Source: an uncultured Elusimicrobiales bacterium | GTDB lineage: Bacteria > Elusimicrobiota > Elusimicrobia > Elusimicrobiales > Elusimicrobiaceae | DNA: 64,000 nt | Direction: 5' to 3' | Assembly (NCBI GenBank): GCA_934662565.1 | Contig: CAKUKI010000004.1 | Span: 98,049-162,048, forward strand | Part shown: positions 49,001 through 57,806 of the stretch, one piece after another | Layout of the letters: each line of letters starts with the position of its first letter | Numbering within the stretch: the first letter of the stretch is position 1 | The notes under the pieces: model-generated | Told to the model about the DNA's origin: nothing | Database searches by the model: none | The model's input: only the letters and a program-made list of their open reading frames with translations | Translations under genes and position numbers: made by a program

Positions 49001-49524
49001 TCCCGCTTTACTTTATATTTAGATACACCGGCTACTTCTTCAAACATTTCGCGGCGCTGTTCCGGCGAGGCCGCCAGCACGGTATCCACCCCGCCTTGGT
49101 CAATAATGGCGTAGCCTTCCCCGCCAATGCCCGTATCCAAAAATAAATCACGTATGTCACGCAGACGGCATTGTACTTTGTTCAAAAAGTATTCGCTTTC
49201 TCCGGTGCGGAAAATTTTGCGCGTGACGGTAATTTCATCAAAATCCAGCGGCAGTTGGCGCGTGGCGTTATCAAACACCATACTGACTTGTGCCATATTT
49301 AAGGGGGCGCGTTTGGCGGTTCCGTTAAAAATAATATCTACCATGGAGGAGGAACGCAGGGACTTCCAGCTCATTTCGCCAATGGCCCAACGCACGGAGT
49401 CAATCACGTTGGATTTGCCGCACCCGTTCGGCCCTACTACGCAGGTAATGCCGGTTTCAAAATCCAGACGGGATTTGTCGGCAAATGACTTAAAACCGAT
49501 AATTTCTATTGCTTTCAAATACAT
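46048..49524 (-). CDS. smc: chromosome segregation protein SMC
   Basis: N-terminal Walker A GPNGCGKSN, long coiled coils, hinge and a C-terminal signature (LSGGEKTLTALSLLFA, Walker B CIMDEADAALD). 1158 aa. Confidence 0.95.
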   Translation of the reverse strand: MYLKAIEIIGFKSFADKSRLDFETGITCVVGPNGCGKSNVIDSVRWAIGEMSWKSLRSSSMVDIIFNGTAKRAPLNMAQVSMVFDNATRQLPLDFDEITVTRKIFRTGESEYFLNKVQCRLRDIRDLFLDTGIGGEGYAIIDQGGVDTVLAASPEQRREMFEEVAGVSKYKVKREECIKRLERVDLDLARLADTVALIEEQIKKLDSEAKKARLYQRYREELKESEIAISVCSIKESDQTLARLSSELEPVVRQLADLDNRISAQEGQTAALDLNLTHKQKEASAFNEKISACKYQVGLLEGAIKNCDNLTTELTNQLAASGAEAQRGQSRIAELGPALTRLKEQLQTVAKELEPLQEAYNQKIAAAQKLEQDLRQADEAAQRASSERMRLVQRQMEVSNKISIEESSAQRENEDLITLEKSNQTAQNSLAGLEQAAQEIRARLEEKRRAAESAKAAITADEEKLRALQNARAALNEKLSGVKSARAALAAKLELIQTQGKNDPYWVGVQTVTQSGIGGIKGTLRKALKYPAELGVAVEDAFGKYLDAVLCENAAAADTAIAKLKEHGKARAKFIILPQVPQTAAQNGTLKAQLTYAPELENLINFIVGGYNCPTQGEVRDTFFVAGGAAGVKAPEAYWGEEESVRRQAQERAQEEEAVSKEIIANYDLLSKAEEALRQQRAKYQEELLAQNSVRNELSNKENEVRQTQAQLARAAARKQEMTARLESRKQAAETLKKTLDELKAQQDGLVRQAEESTARKAALQQEGENLKAQISALSSTLYEVKIKKNNVELDLKSTDFEYRALLDGEGKRNEKTAAANARLKALADEKLATQAKLSAERDTLAKLELDEHQLRQELEALKKDFSDKTAALNATKKQQADLTIKKNDLENALSNARRQRTTVVNNLFESWNITPEEAAMNFGDKPVDYERVKMMRKRIENMGAVNMTAPEEYDALTERHTFLKTQIGDLDSAKKDLKSAINKINQTTRENFKYTFDQVRMHFRNIYQTLFRGGECDLVLTQPENLLETGIEIYAQPPGKKLLNISSMSGGEKTLTALSLLFAFFTHNPSPFCIMDEADAALDEANVERYVNLIKEFSKTTQFIVVTHNKRTMESARMLYGITMEESGVSKVMSVNLEDRTVAGMQKKEEIESMAEG

Positions 49525-49741
49525 ATACAGTCCCCTTTAGGCAGATATATTCCCATTATACCATTTCCCTATACATTATATAAGGCGGAAGGGGTATCGG
49601 GCGCGCATTTTGTGGCGGGTAAAAGGCGGGAGAAAAAGACCTCCTCGGAACATAGACGGAAAAAACTGCTTGCAAAGTATTTGTTTTTTTATTAGACTTT
49701 TTCTGTAAGACTGTTTTTCCTTAGAAAGGAGGATATTTCAC

Positions 49742-49966
49742 ATGGCAGAAAAAGTGCTTAAAGTTGGAATGGAACGCGAAGACGGCTTCCTGTACTACAT
49801 TGACAAAGACGGTGATATCGCCCGTGTGCAAATGGCCCGCGGCGGCAAAAAAGGCGGCAAGCCGAAGAAAGTTGAAAAATGCGGCATCAAAAAAGAAAAA
49901 GGATATTTGTATTTCTTGGATAAGAAAGGCGATGTATCCAGAGCCAAAATGGTGAACGCAAAATAA
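49742..49966 (+). CDS. small Lys-rich protein with an internal tandem repeat
   Basis: 74 aa. REDGFLYYIDKDGDIARVQMARGGKK and KEKGYLYFLDKKGDVSRAKMVNAK are two copies of G(F/Y)LY(Y/F)(I/L)DK(D/K)GD(I/V)(A/S)R(V/A)(Q/K)M joined by GKPKKVEK. AGGAGGA RBS about 8 nt upstream and a terminator follows. Confidence 0.5.
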   Translation: MAEKVLKVGMEREDGFLYYIDKDGDIARVQMARGGKKGGKPKKVEKCGIKKEKGYLYFLDKKGDVSRAKMVNAK

Positions 49967-49972
49967 ATTTAA

Positions 49973-49999
49973 GAACCCCGCTAACGCGGGGTTTTTTAT
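49973..49999. terminator. rho-independent terminator (bidirectional)
   Basis: aaccccgc-taac-gcggggtt followed by TTTTTT. Confidence 0.6.
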
Positions 50000-50141
50000 G
50001 GTTTTTAACGGAATACTTTTGCCCAAAAAGAAAATCTTTTTGTGCCAAAGCGTCCCGCTAACATCAAGAAAAGGTTTATCCTCCAACGCCCAGTGCAGTT
50101 GCAAAATTCTTTATCCCGTTGCAAATAGATGAATGCGCGTT

Positions 50142-50534
50142 TTACAACGGTGTCGTTTGTTCGTTCCATTCCTTAAAGAAACACCGCGTTATATCCGCCT
50201 GATTTTTTTGGGCGGCGGTGTACAGGTCTTCCAAATAGGTAGGGGATACCCAATCGTCTGCATCCACAAAAGCTATAAATGTACCGTACGCTTCTTGCAA
50301 AAGCCGGTTGCGGGTTGCCCCCACTCCGGCATTCGGTTGGTTTATAAAGCGAAAATGTGCGTTATCCGCCGCAAATTTTTCTAAGACTTTTTGTGATTGG
50401 TCCTTAGAACCGTCGTTGATACAGAGCACTTCAAAGTCTGTAAATGTCTGCTTTTGCAGCGAACGCAGACAAGCGGGTAAAAATTTTTCGGCATTGTATA
50501 CAGGAATTAATACAGATACGGCGGGGTTTTTCAT
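50142..50534 (-). pseudogene. glycosyltransferase family 2, N-terminal 130 aa only (truncated or frameshifted remnant)
   Basis: MKNPAVSVLIPVYNAEKFLPACLRSLQKQTFTDFEVLCINDGSKDQS...AFVDADD is a canonical GT2 N-terminus including DxD, but the ORF stops after 130 aa where GT2 enzymes normally run 250 aa or more. The downstream ORF 49721..50104 lies in another frame and overlaps the opposite-strand small gene. Confidence 0.45.
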
Positions 50535-51021
50535 GGGGATTCTCCTTGAACCCCAATGAAGAACAAAAACGGCCATTTGCCCCGAGCCACATCACTAACC
50601 CGAAACAAACAGCCGTAGCCTTTTGCCATATAAAAATAGGGCAAAAAGCATTCAACACAACCTATGCGGGTAATTAGTCCGCACGGGTTGTGTTTCAAAA
50701 CGGCTGTTTTTGGAGTGATGTGTGCCGCGGTGTGCGGCGCATCCCGTTCTTCGCGGGATTCCAAAAACAGCTAAAATTGTACAGGGAAACGGCCCCTGTT
50801 TTATCCGGCACTAAAAACGAAAGGAATAGCACCTTTACCCTATCATAGCAAATTTATTTTTTAGGGGTTGATTTTTTTGTTCTCCGGCGTATACTACCAA
50901 TAAGTATTAGCCGCAGGGGAGGACATCAAATAACCGCTATTTTCTTTCGGGTAGTATGCACCGCCTAAAGGCCGCCTTGGCCTGTTGAATGAGTTGTAAA
51001 ATCCGTTAACGTCCGTACGCG

Positions 51022-51050
51022 TTGACACACCTTTTTATTAATGGTTTAAT
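51022..51050 (+). promoter_or_regulatory. candidate sigma70 promoter for hpf (TTGACA-N17-TTTAAT)
   Basis: Perfect -35 TTGACA at 51022-51027 and TTTAAT at 51045-51050, about 45 nt upstream of the hpf ATG. Confidence 0.4.
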
Positions 51051-51093
51051 TAGTATACGGGGAAAACTCGCAATTCCTATACGGAGGCATTTT

Positions 51094-51648
51094 ATGGATA
51101 TCAAAATTACTGCCAAAAACATTAAACTTACGCCTGCCATTAAAAAACACATTAATGAACGCGTCAGCAAGATTGAAAACTTTTTTGACAACATTGTTTC
51201 TGTGCAAGTGTTAATTTCGGTGGAAAAGAAAATTAACCAACGCGCGGAAATTATTGTACACACCGGCGCCAAAACCACGCTGACCGCCAGCGCCGTGGAA
51301 GACAATTTGTATAAAGCCATTGATGCGGCTGCTGTAAAAGTGGAAAGCCAAGCTAAAAAAGTAAAAAGCAAAGCGCAGTCCCGCAAAGTGGCCAAAAAAG
51401 CCGTAAAAGAAGTAGCCGAAATTAACCCGTTTGCGGACCATGTACTCTTGCCGCAGAACGACGTTAAATTCTCCGTGATTAAACAGGTGGAAGTTTCCCC
51501 GATGAATCCGGAAGATGCCGCTTATGAAATGGAACGCTTGGGGTATTCCTTCTGGATGTTCTTAGACGAAGATTCCAAACAAATCAACCTGATTTTCAAA
51601 CGGTTGGACGGCACTTACGGTTTAATTAAACCGATTAAAAAGAAATAA
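51094..51648 (+). CDS. hpf: ribosome hibernation promoting factor, long form
   Basis: MDIKITAKNIKLTPAIKKHINERVSKIENFF, a long-form C-terminal dimerisation domain and GGAGG 8 nt upstream of the ATG. Confidence 0.85.
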   Translation: MDIKITAKNIKLTPAIKKHINERVSKIENFFDNIVSVQVLISVEKKINQRAEIIVHTGAKTTLTASAVEDNLYKAIDAAAVKVESQAKKVKSKAQSRKVAKKAVKEVAEINPFADHVLLPQNDVKFSVIKQVEVSPMNPEDAAYEMERLGYSFWMFLDEDSKQINLIFKRLDGTYGLIKPIKKK

Positions 51649-51654
51649 CCGGCC

Positions 51655-52629
51655 TTGCCGGAAGAAGGCGTTATAGCGCAATTTACAAAGTCTGTCACGG
51701 TTAGCGAACTGCTCCAGATTAAGAGGCTTAATCTGGAGCTGGTTTGCGGCAAAAGATATATCCATCGGGAAATTACGCAACCCAGCGTAAACCGTCCGGG
51801 CCTAGCCTTGTGCGGGCATTTGGATAATTTCCGCACCCACTCCGTGCAAGTGTTTGGGCGGGGGGAACAAGCGTTCTGCCTGCGGGCCAACAAAACTAAA
51901 TTGCGCCAAAACGTAGAAAAATTATTGAGCGAAGGGTCTGTTCCGTGCGTGATTATGGCGGCGGATTTGGACCCTTTGCCCGCTATTAAAAAAGCGTGTT
52001 TAAGCGCGGATGTGCCCGTCTTAAAAACCTCATTGGATTCGTCGGCCTTTCTGGCGGCGTTTTCCCGCTGGTTGGACGAAAAGCTCTCGCCCGTCACCCA
52101 TATACACGGGGTACTGGTGGGCGTAAGCGGCATTGGGGTTTTAATCCGCGGGGCGGCGGGTATCGGCAAGAGTGAATGTGCGCTGGAGCTGATTAAACGC
52201 GGCCATATTTTAGTGGCGGATGACGTGGTGGAAGTGCAAGCGCGGTGGAACCGCTTTTTGGTGGGGTCTTGTCCGGCTATGCTGCGGCATTATATGGAAG
52301 TGCGCGGTTTGGGCATTATAGATGTGGAGCTGTTGTTTGGCGTGGGCTCCACATTGGACGAAATGAATATAGAGTTGGAAGTCGTTTTGACCCCGCCGTT
52401 AAAAACCGGCATAGACCGCTTGGGGGTGGACCAAAAAACCACCAAAATTTTAGGGGTAGAAATACCGTCATTAACGCTGCCGGTCACGCCGGGGCGCAAC
52501 TTGGCGGTACTGATAGAAGTGGCCGCCTTAAACCAGCGGTTAAAATCTCAGGGGATTTTCTCGGCCAAAGAATTTAGCAAAAAAATTCTGGACCGCATGA
52601 AAAAAACAGCCAATAAAGATGAAAAATAA
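51655..52629 (+). CDS. hprK: HPr kinase/phosphorylase
   Basis: [43 protein letters not shown] (P-loop and signature) and LEVRGLGII. The only in-frame start upstream of the conserved N-terminus is TTG at 51655. Confidence 0.85.
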   Translation: MPEEGVIAQFTKSVTVSELLQIKRLNLELVCGKRYIHREITQPSVNRPGLALCGHLDNFRTHSVQVFGRGEQAFCLRANKTKLRQNVEKLLSEGSVPCVIMAADLDPLPAIKKACLSADVPVLKTSLDSSAFLAAFSRWLDEKLSPVTHIHGVLVGVSGIGVLIRGAAGIGKSECALELIKRGHILVADDVVEVQARWNRFLVGSCPAMLRHYMEVRGLGIIDVELLFGVGSTLDEMNIELEVVLTPPLKTGIDRLGVDQKTTKILGVEIPSLTLPVTPGRNLAVLIEVAALNQRLKSQGIFSAKEFSKKILDRMKKTANKDEK

Positions 52630-53473
52630 ACGCAAAATTTTTATTATTACCGGTATGAGCGGCGCGGGCAAATCCCAAGCACTCAAAATTTTTGGGGACT
52701 TTGGTTTCTACTGTGTGGACAACCTGCCCTTGGCTTTATTTGGCAATTTTATTGAATATGTTTCCGGTCGGGCAGACTTAAACAATGTGGCATTGGGCAT
52801 TGATATCCGCGAGGGGGAAAGCCTAAAAGAAATGCCCAAACTGTTAAAAACCCTCAACCGCAACGATTTTGTACCCAAAGTGATTTTTTTAGACGCGGGT
52901 GACGAGTGTTTAATCCGGCGGTTTTCCGAAACGAAACACAAACACCCCTTGCACAAAAAACTGGCCGCGGCTATTGCGCACGAGCGGCAACTGTTAAGCC
53001 CCATTCAGGTTTTGGCCGATAAGGTAATAGATACGTCCGACTTAAAACTGGGCGAACTAAAAGAAAAACTTTCCGCACTGTTGGAATCCAAGCGGGAAGA
53101 CGATATGCAAATTTCCGTAGTGTCTTTCGGTTTCAAACATGGCATTTTGAAAGATTGTGATATTGTGATGGACGTGCGGTTTTTGCCAAACCCGTATTAT
53201 ATTGCAGAGCTGAAGGAAAAAACAGGTTTGGATAAACCCGTACAGGATTATATTATGTCTTTTAAGGAAACCGGCGAATTTATTGAAAAATTTGCGGACC
53301 TTATCAAATATTTGATACCAAAGTATATAAAGGAAGGTAAAAGTTATTTAACTATCGCCATGGGTTGCACGGGCGGGCACCACCGCAGTGTGTTTATGGC
53401 GCACGAGCTGGCACAACGCCTGCGCAAGGCGGGGCTGACGGCTTCTGAATTTCATAGGGATATAGGAATTTAA
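52619..53473 (+). CDS. rapZ: RNase adapter protein RapZ (YvcJ/YhbJ family P-loop NTPase)
   Basis: [32 protein letters not shown] and a C-terminal CTGGHHRSV motif. Confidence 0.9.
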   Translation: MKNKRKIFIITGMSGAGKSQALKIFGDFGFYCVDNLPLALFGNFIEYVSGRADLNNVALGIDIREGESLKEMPKLLKTLNRNDFVPKVIFLDAGDECLIRRFSETKHKHPLHKKLAAAIAHERQLLSPIQVLADKVIDTSDLKLGELKEKLSALLESKREDDMQISVVSFGFKHGILKDCDIVMDVRFLPNPYYIAELKEKTGLDKPVQDYIMSFKETGEFIEKFADLIKYLIPKYIKEGKSYLTIAMGCTGGHHRSVFMAHELAQRLRKAGLTASEFHRDIGI

Positions 53474-53475
53474 TT

Positions 53476-53880
53476 ATGGTAAAAATTATTTTAGTCACCC
53501 ACGGCAATTTAGCGCGGGAAATGTTAAACACCACGGCGCAAATTATCGGCAAAACGCCGGACGATTTTGAAACATTGTCTATCGCGGCGGCATCTTCGGT
53601 GGAAGAAGAAGCGGCTAAACTGAAAGCGTTGCTGAAGGACTGTCCGGACGGGGCGGTTATTCTAACGGATATTTTTGGGGGCAGTGCTACCAATGTGGCG
53701 CTGACCGCCAGCAAAGATAACCCCAAATGCAACGTAATTACGGGGCTCAATTTGAGTATGCTATTGACCGCGGTAAACAACCGCAAAAAATTATCCGCCA
53801 AAGAATTGGCAGAAAAAATTGAAGCGGACGGTAAACGCGCCGTTATTAACGCCACGGAACTGTTGATTAAAGGATTATAA
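53476..53880 (+). CDS. PTS mannose-family EIIA component
   Basis: MVKIILVTHGNLAREML (active-site His10 region), 134 aa. Confidence 0.8.
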   Translation: MVKIILVTHGNLAREMLNTTAQIIGKTPDDFETLSIAAASSVEEEAAKLKALLKDCPDGAVILTDIFGGSATNVALTASKDNPKCNVITGLNLSMLLTAVNNRKKLSAKELAEKIEADGKRAVINATELLIKGL

Positions 53881-54347
53881 TGCCTATCGTTTTCGCGCGC
53901 GTGGACGACCGGCTGATCCACGGGCAAATTGTGCAAGCATGGTTGCCGGAGCTAAACGTTGATGAAATTTTAATTCCCCGCTCACCCAAAGCACAGGGAA
54001 ATTTCAACGAGGGGCTCTTGCGCCTTAGTTTGCCGTACGAATATGAACTAACCGTGTTGGACGCCCACCGCTGTAAAGATTATATAGAACATTCCGCCAA
54101 AAAGATTTTTCTGTTGGCCGCTTCGCTAGCGGATGTGATGCCGCTACTGGAAGACGGGCTAAAAGTAAAATCCTTAAACATTGGCGGTATGCACTTTAAG
54201 CAGGGCGCGCAAAAGCTGGATGACAATGTGTTTTTGGACGAGCAGGATAAACGCCTGTTGTCTATTTTCAAAACATTGGGCTTAAATATAGAAACCCGCG
54301 CGGTGCCAAATTCTAAATCCATCTCGTTGGAGGCTGTATTGCCATGA
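53880..54347 (+). CDS. PTS mannose/sorbose-family EIIB component
   Basis: MPIVFARVDDRLIHGQIV (phosphorylatable His), 155 aa. Confidence 0.85.
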   Translation: MPIVFARVDDRLIHGQIVQAWLPELNVDEILIPRSPKAQGNFNEGLLRLSLPYEYELTVLDAHRCKDYIEHSAKKIFLLAASLADVMPLLEDGLKVKSLNIGGMHFKQGAQKLDDNVFLDEQDKRLLSIFKTLGLNIETRAVPNSKSISLEAVLP

Positions 54348-54949
54348 CCGCATCTATCATTGTGCTTTGCTTGCTGGCGGCCTTGTTGGAACTGGATACT
54401 ACTTACGCGGGGCAATGGCTTATTTCCCGCCCGATTATTGCGGGGCCGTTGTTTGGCCTGATTACCGGAGATTTAATGGCCGGTATACAAGTGGGTGTAT
54501 TTGCAGAGCTTTTGTTTGTGGATATTTCCCCATTAGGCGGCGTTATCCCGCCCAGCGGGGTGATGACGGCGGCTATCCCCATGATTTTGTACTCGTTGGG
54601 GATTGAGTTGTATTTTGGCTTTTTTCTGGGCGTACTGGCTGGTATTTTATATGCCCAGTTGGACCGCTGGCTGCGCAAAACCCGCTTCAAATTGATGGTC
54701 TTTTTGGAAAAAAATGCCGCGGCGCACCCGCGGGCTATTGGCCGCACGGTGGCGTGGCTGTTGTTAACGGTGTTTTTAATGAATTTAATTTTTGTTTCCG
54801 TTTGCGCGTGGATTTGCACCCAGCTGATGTATAACATTGTGGCGTATATTCCGCTTAAAGCGTATGCGGCGTTTAAGTTTGCTTATATGGCGGTGCCGTG
54901 GATTGGGCTGGCTACATTAATTCCGGCATTCCGGTTAAAAACAAGGTAG
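54344..54949 (+). CDS. PTS mannose-family EIIC component (short)
   Basis: Polytopic 201-aa protein in the IIC position of an IIA-IIB-IIC-IID operon with overlapping stop/start codons. Confidence 0.65.
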   Translation: MTASIIVLCLLAALLELDTTYAGQWLISRPIIAGPLFGLITGDLMAGIQVGVFAELLFVDISPLGGVIPPSGVMTAAIPMILYSLGIELYFGFFLGVLAGILYAQLDRWLRKTRFKLMVFLEKNAAAHPRAIGRTVAWLLLTVFLMNLIFVSVCAWICTQLMYNIVAYIPLKAYAAFKFAYMAVPWIGLATLIPAFRLKTR

Positions 54950-54952
54950 CGT

Positions 54953-55774
54953 ATGATGAATTTTTCCATGCACTTGCGTTTATTTTTACGCTCGTTTTTC
55001 TTACAAACGGGGTGGAATTATGTAAAATTCCAAAATTTGGGGCTTACTTATATTATGATGCCCTTTCTCTCCCATTTGTATGCACAAGATAAAGAGGCTC
55101 TGCCCGCGGTGACTACCCGCTATCTGGATACCTTTAACACCCAGCCTGTTATGGCCTCTTTTTGCATTGGGGCGCTGGCTAAAAAGGAAGAAGCCGTAGC
55201 GCAGGCAAAAAGCGTGACCGATTTTAAGGAGCGCGTGGCCGAGTGGACCGGTGCGCGGCGCGGGCTTTCCATTACGGCGGCGTCTATTGGGGACCGCTTG
55301 TTTTGGGGAACCTTAAAACCGCTGACCTTACTGCTTGCCATTTTTATCTGGCTGTGTTTAGGGGTCAACTTTTTTGAAATTGAGCTATTGGAAAACCCGC
55401 TGCCTTTGGATGCTTTTTGCGCCGGAGCCGCTGCCTTTTTTGTATATAACAGCGTGGCCCTGTTTGTGCGGTGGGAGGGTATTACCATTGGCTATAATTC
55501 CGACGAAAAAACTTGCTTCGGGCTGACTAAATTTGATTGGAACAAAACCATTTACAATGCCAAACGCTTGGGGCTGGTGCTTTCAGCCGGACTTATTTTA
55601 TTTGGGGTGTATTATTATTTCAAAAATTTAGCGCTGGATGTGCATTTTATTACCCGCGCTATATTGGTGTTGTTTTTTGTAATAATCAGTTTTTTAACGC
55701 GCAAATTAAAAGTGCCTAATATGTATTTGTATTTGGCGGCAGTGATTATTTTTAATATTGCGTGCTATTTATAA
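54953..55774 (+). CDS. PTS mannose-family EIID component
   Basis: 273-aa polytopic protein (…FLQTGWNYVKFQNLGLTYIMMPFL…) in the IID position. Confidence 0.7.
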   Translation: MMNFSMHLRLFLRSFFLQTGWNYVKFQNLGLTYIMMPFLSHLYAQDKEALPAVTTRYLDTFNTQPVMASFCIGALAKKEEAVAQAKSVTDFKERVAEWTGARRGLSITAASIGDRLFWGTLKPLTLLLAIFIWLCLGVNFFEIELLENPLPLDAFCAGAAAFFVYNSVALFVRWEGITIGYNSDEKTCFGLTKFDWNKTIYNAKRLGLVLSAGLILFGVYYYFKNLALDVHFITRAILVLFFVIISFLTRKLKVPNMYLYLAAVIIFNIACYL

Positions 55775-55787
55775 AAAGGGGAACTAA

Positions 55788-56057
55788 GTGATTACGGAAA
55801 CTGTTAAAATTTCCAACCGTTCAGGCTTACACGCCCGACCTGCCATGATGATTGTGCAAAAAGCGGGCGAATTTAATTGCGATATTACTATTGCGAAAGA
55901 TGATGTAAAAGTAAACGCCAAAAGCATTATGGGGGTGATGATGCTGGCGGCGGAATATGGCGCCAGTATTACGCTGACGGCCGACGGTGCCGACGAACGC
56001 GCGGCGCTGGATGCCCTCAAACAACTTTTTGACGAAAAATTTAACGAAGAATACTAA
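55788..56057 (+). CDS. ptsH: phosphocarrier protein HPr
   Basis: GTG start. VKISNRSGLHARPAMMIVQKAG carries both the His15 site and the Ser46 region (KSIMGVM). Confidence 0.85.
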   Translation: MITETVKISNRSGLHARPAMMIVQKAGEFNCDITIAKDDVKVNAKSIMGVMMLAAEYGASITLTADGADERAALDALKQLFDEKFNEEY

Positions 56058-56060
56058 AGG

Positions 56061-57806
56061 ATGGGTATGTTTGTAATAAAAGGCGTGGGGGCCAGCCCCG
56101 GTGTGTCTATCGGACCGGCTGTTATTTTGCCGGGGGATTCTTTTGCCGTTGCCCGCCAATATGTAGAGGCGGGCGAAGCCAAAAACGAGCTTGCCAAAAT
56201 GAAAGCCGCCGTGGAAAATACCATGCGCGAGCTGGACAGCTGTGAAAAAAAGGTCTATGCCACCTTGGGGCCGGAATATGCCCAGCTAATGTCCACCCAT
56301 AAACTCATTTTGCAAGACCCCACCTTGCACCAATCCGTACGCCATAAAATTTTGGACGAACATCTTTCGGCCCAAGCGGCTATTTTTATTACTTTGCAGG
56401 AGCTCGCCACCAGTTTTGAAAAAATAGAAGACCCCTTTTTTAAGGAACGCCGCAACGACGTTTTTGATGTAGGCAAGCGTCTAGCTAAAAATTTGGAAGG
56501 GGACAAAGGCGAATTTTTGGCTTCCATTAAAAAGCCGTCCGTTTTAATTGCCCATAATTTGTATCCTTCCGATACGATTAACCTGCAAGAAAATCAAGTA
56601 CTCGGTTTTTGTACGGATGTGGGCGGCAAAACCAGCCACACGGCCATTTTGGCGCAAAGCCTTAAAATGCCCGCGGTGGTAGGGCTTTCCAACGCCACTA
56701 AAAAAATCCAAAATGGTGATACCGTCATTGTGGACGGAGATAACGGCCTGCTCATTATCAACCCGGACCGCTATACACTGGCTAATTATAAAAAAATCCA
56801 GCGGGAAAACAAAAAAGCGGAAGCGTTGCTGAAAACCATTAACCATTTGCCGGTTATCACGCAAGACGGTCACCCGCTGAAACTGTTTGTAAATTTTGAC
56901 CCCCGCACCGATACCAAAGAAAATAAAAAGCTGATTACGGACGGATTGGGCCTGCTGCGTACGGAATTTTTATATATGAATACCCCCGTGCCGCCGGCGG
57001 AAGAAGACCAGTACCAAATGTACTTGTCTATTGCCAAACGCTTTGATATGCGTCCGGTCACTATCCGCTTGGCGGATTTAGGGGGCGACAAAATGCCGCA
57101 GTTCCCACTGGACGAATTTGAATTTGAGCAAAACCCGTTTATGGGGTGCAGGGGTATCCGGCTGTTTCTAAAAAATCCGGAGCTTTTGCACACCCAACTG
57201 CGGGCCATTTTGCGTGCCGCGTGTGAAGTGCCCGCCCAAGTGCGCATGATGATTCCCATGGTGTCTTCGGTAGAAGAAGTCCGCCATGTGCGCGCCGCGT
57301 ACGACCGCGTTTTGAAAGAGCTGGAAGCGCAGGGCAAAAAGCCGGTCAATCGGGTGGCGCTGGGGGCCATGATAGAGGTTCCCGCCGCCGCTATGGCCTT
57401 AGACGGCATGATTGGCTTATTGGATTTTATTTCCATCGGCACCAATGACTTGATACAATATCTAGTAGCGGTGGACCGCATTAATCAAGAAGTGGCCCAC
57501 ATGTACGACCCTTGCCATCCGGCGGTTATCCGCACCTTGAATTTAATTATCCAAACGGCGCATAAACGCGGCAAGAAGGTAAGCATTTGCGGGGAGCTGG
57601 CCTCTGATTCCAAAATGTTGCCCCTGTTGTTGGGGTTGGAAATAGACGCTTTATCCGTCACACCGCGTATGTTTTTGCGCGTAAAAAACAACATCCGCAA
57701 TTTGAATTTTGAAACCTGTTCCGACCTTGCCCAAGCTGCACTTTTAATGGGCAGTTCGGAAGATATACGCAATTTAATTGAGCAAAACAAAAATGAAGAT
57801 TCGTAA
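56061..57806 (+). CDS. ptsI: phosphoenolpyruvate-protein phosphotransferase (PTS enzyme I)
   Basis: GGKTSHTAILAQSL (active-site His), a PEP-utilising C-domain with ISIGTNDLIQY and 581 aa total. Confidence 0.9.
   Translation: MGMFVIKGVGASPGVSIGPAVILPGDSFAVARQYVEAGEAKNELAKMKAAVENTMRELDSCEKKVYATLGPEYAQLMSTHKLILQDPTLHQSVRHKILDEHLSAQAAIFITLQELATSFEKIEDPFFKERRNDVFDVGKRLAKNLEGDKGEFLASIKKPSVLIAHNLYPSDTINLQENQVLGFCTDVGGKTSHTAILAQSLKMPAVVGLSNATKKIQNGDTVIVDGDNGLLIINPDRYTLANYKKIQRENKKAEALLKTINHLPVITQDGHPLKLFVNFDPRTDTKENKKLITDGLGLLRTEFLYMNTPVPPAEEDQYQMYLSIAKRFDMRPVTIRLADLGGDKMPQFPLDEFEFEQNPFMGCRGIRLFLKNPELLHTQLRAILRAACEVPAQVRMMIPMVSSVEEVRHVRAAYDRVLKELEAQGKKPVNRVALGAMIEVPAAAMALDGMIGLLDFISIGTNDLIQYLVAVDRINQEVAHMYDPCHPAVIRTLNLIIQTAHKRGKKVSICGELASDSKMLPLLLGLEIDALSVTPRMFLRVKNNIRNLNFETCSDLAQAALLMGSSEDIRNLIEQNKNEDS

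Noticed and set aside
53409-53424. TGGCACaacgcCTGC sigma54-like -24/-12 element.
   Set aside because: It has one mismatch to the TTGC core, lies inside rapZ coding sequence, and no enhancer-binding protein is nearby. It is kept only as a remark in the PTS finding.
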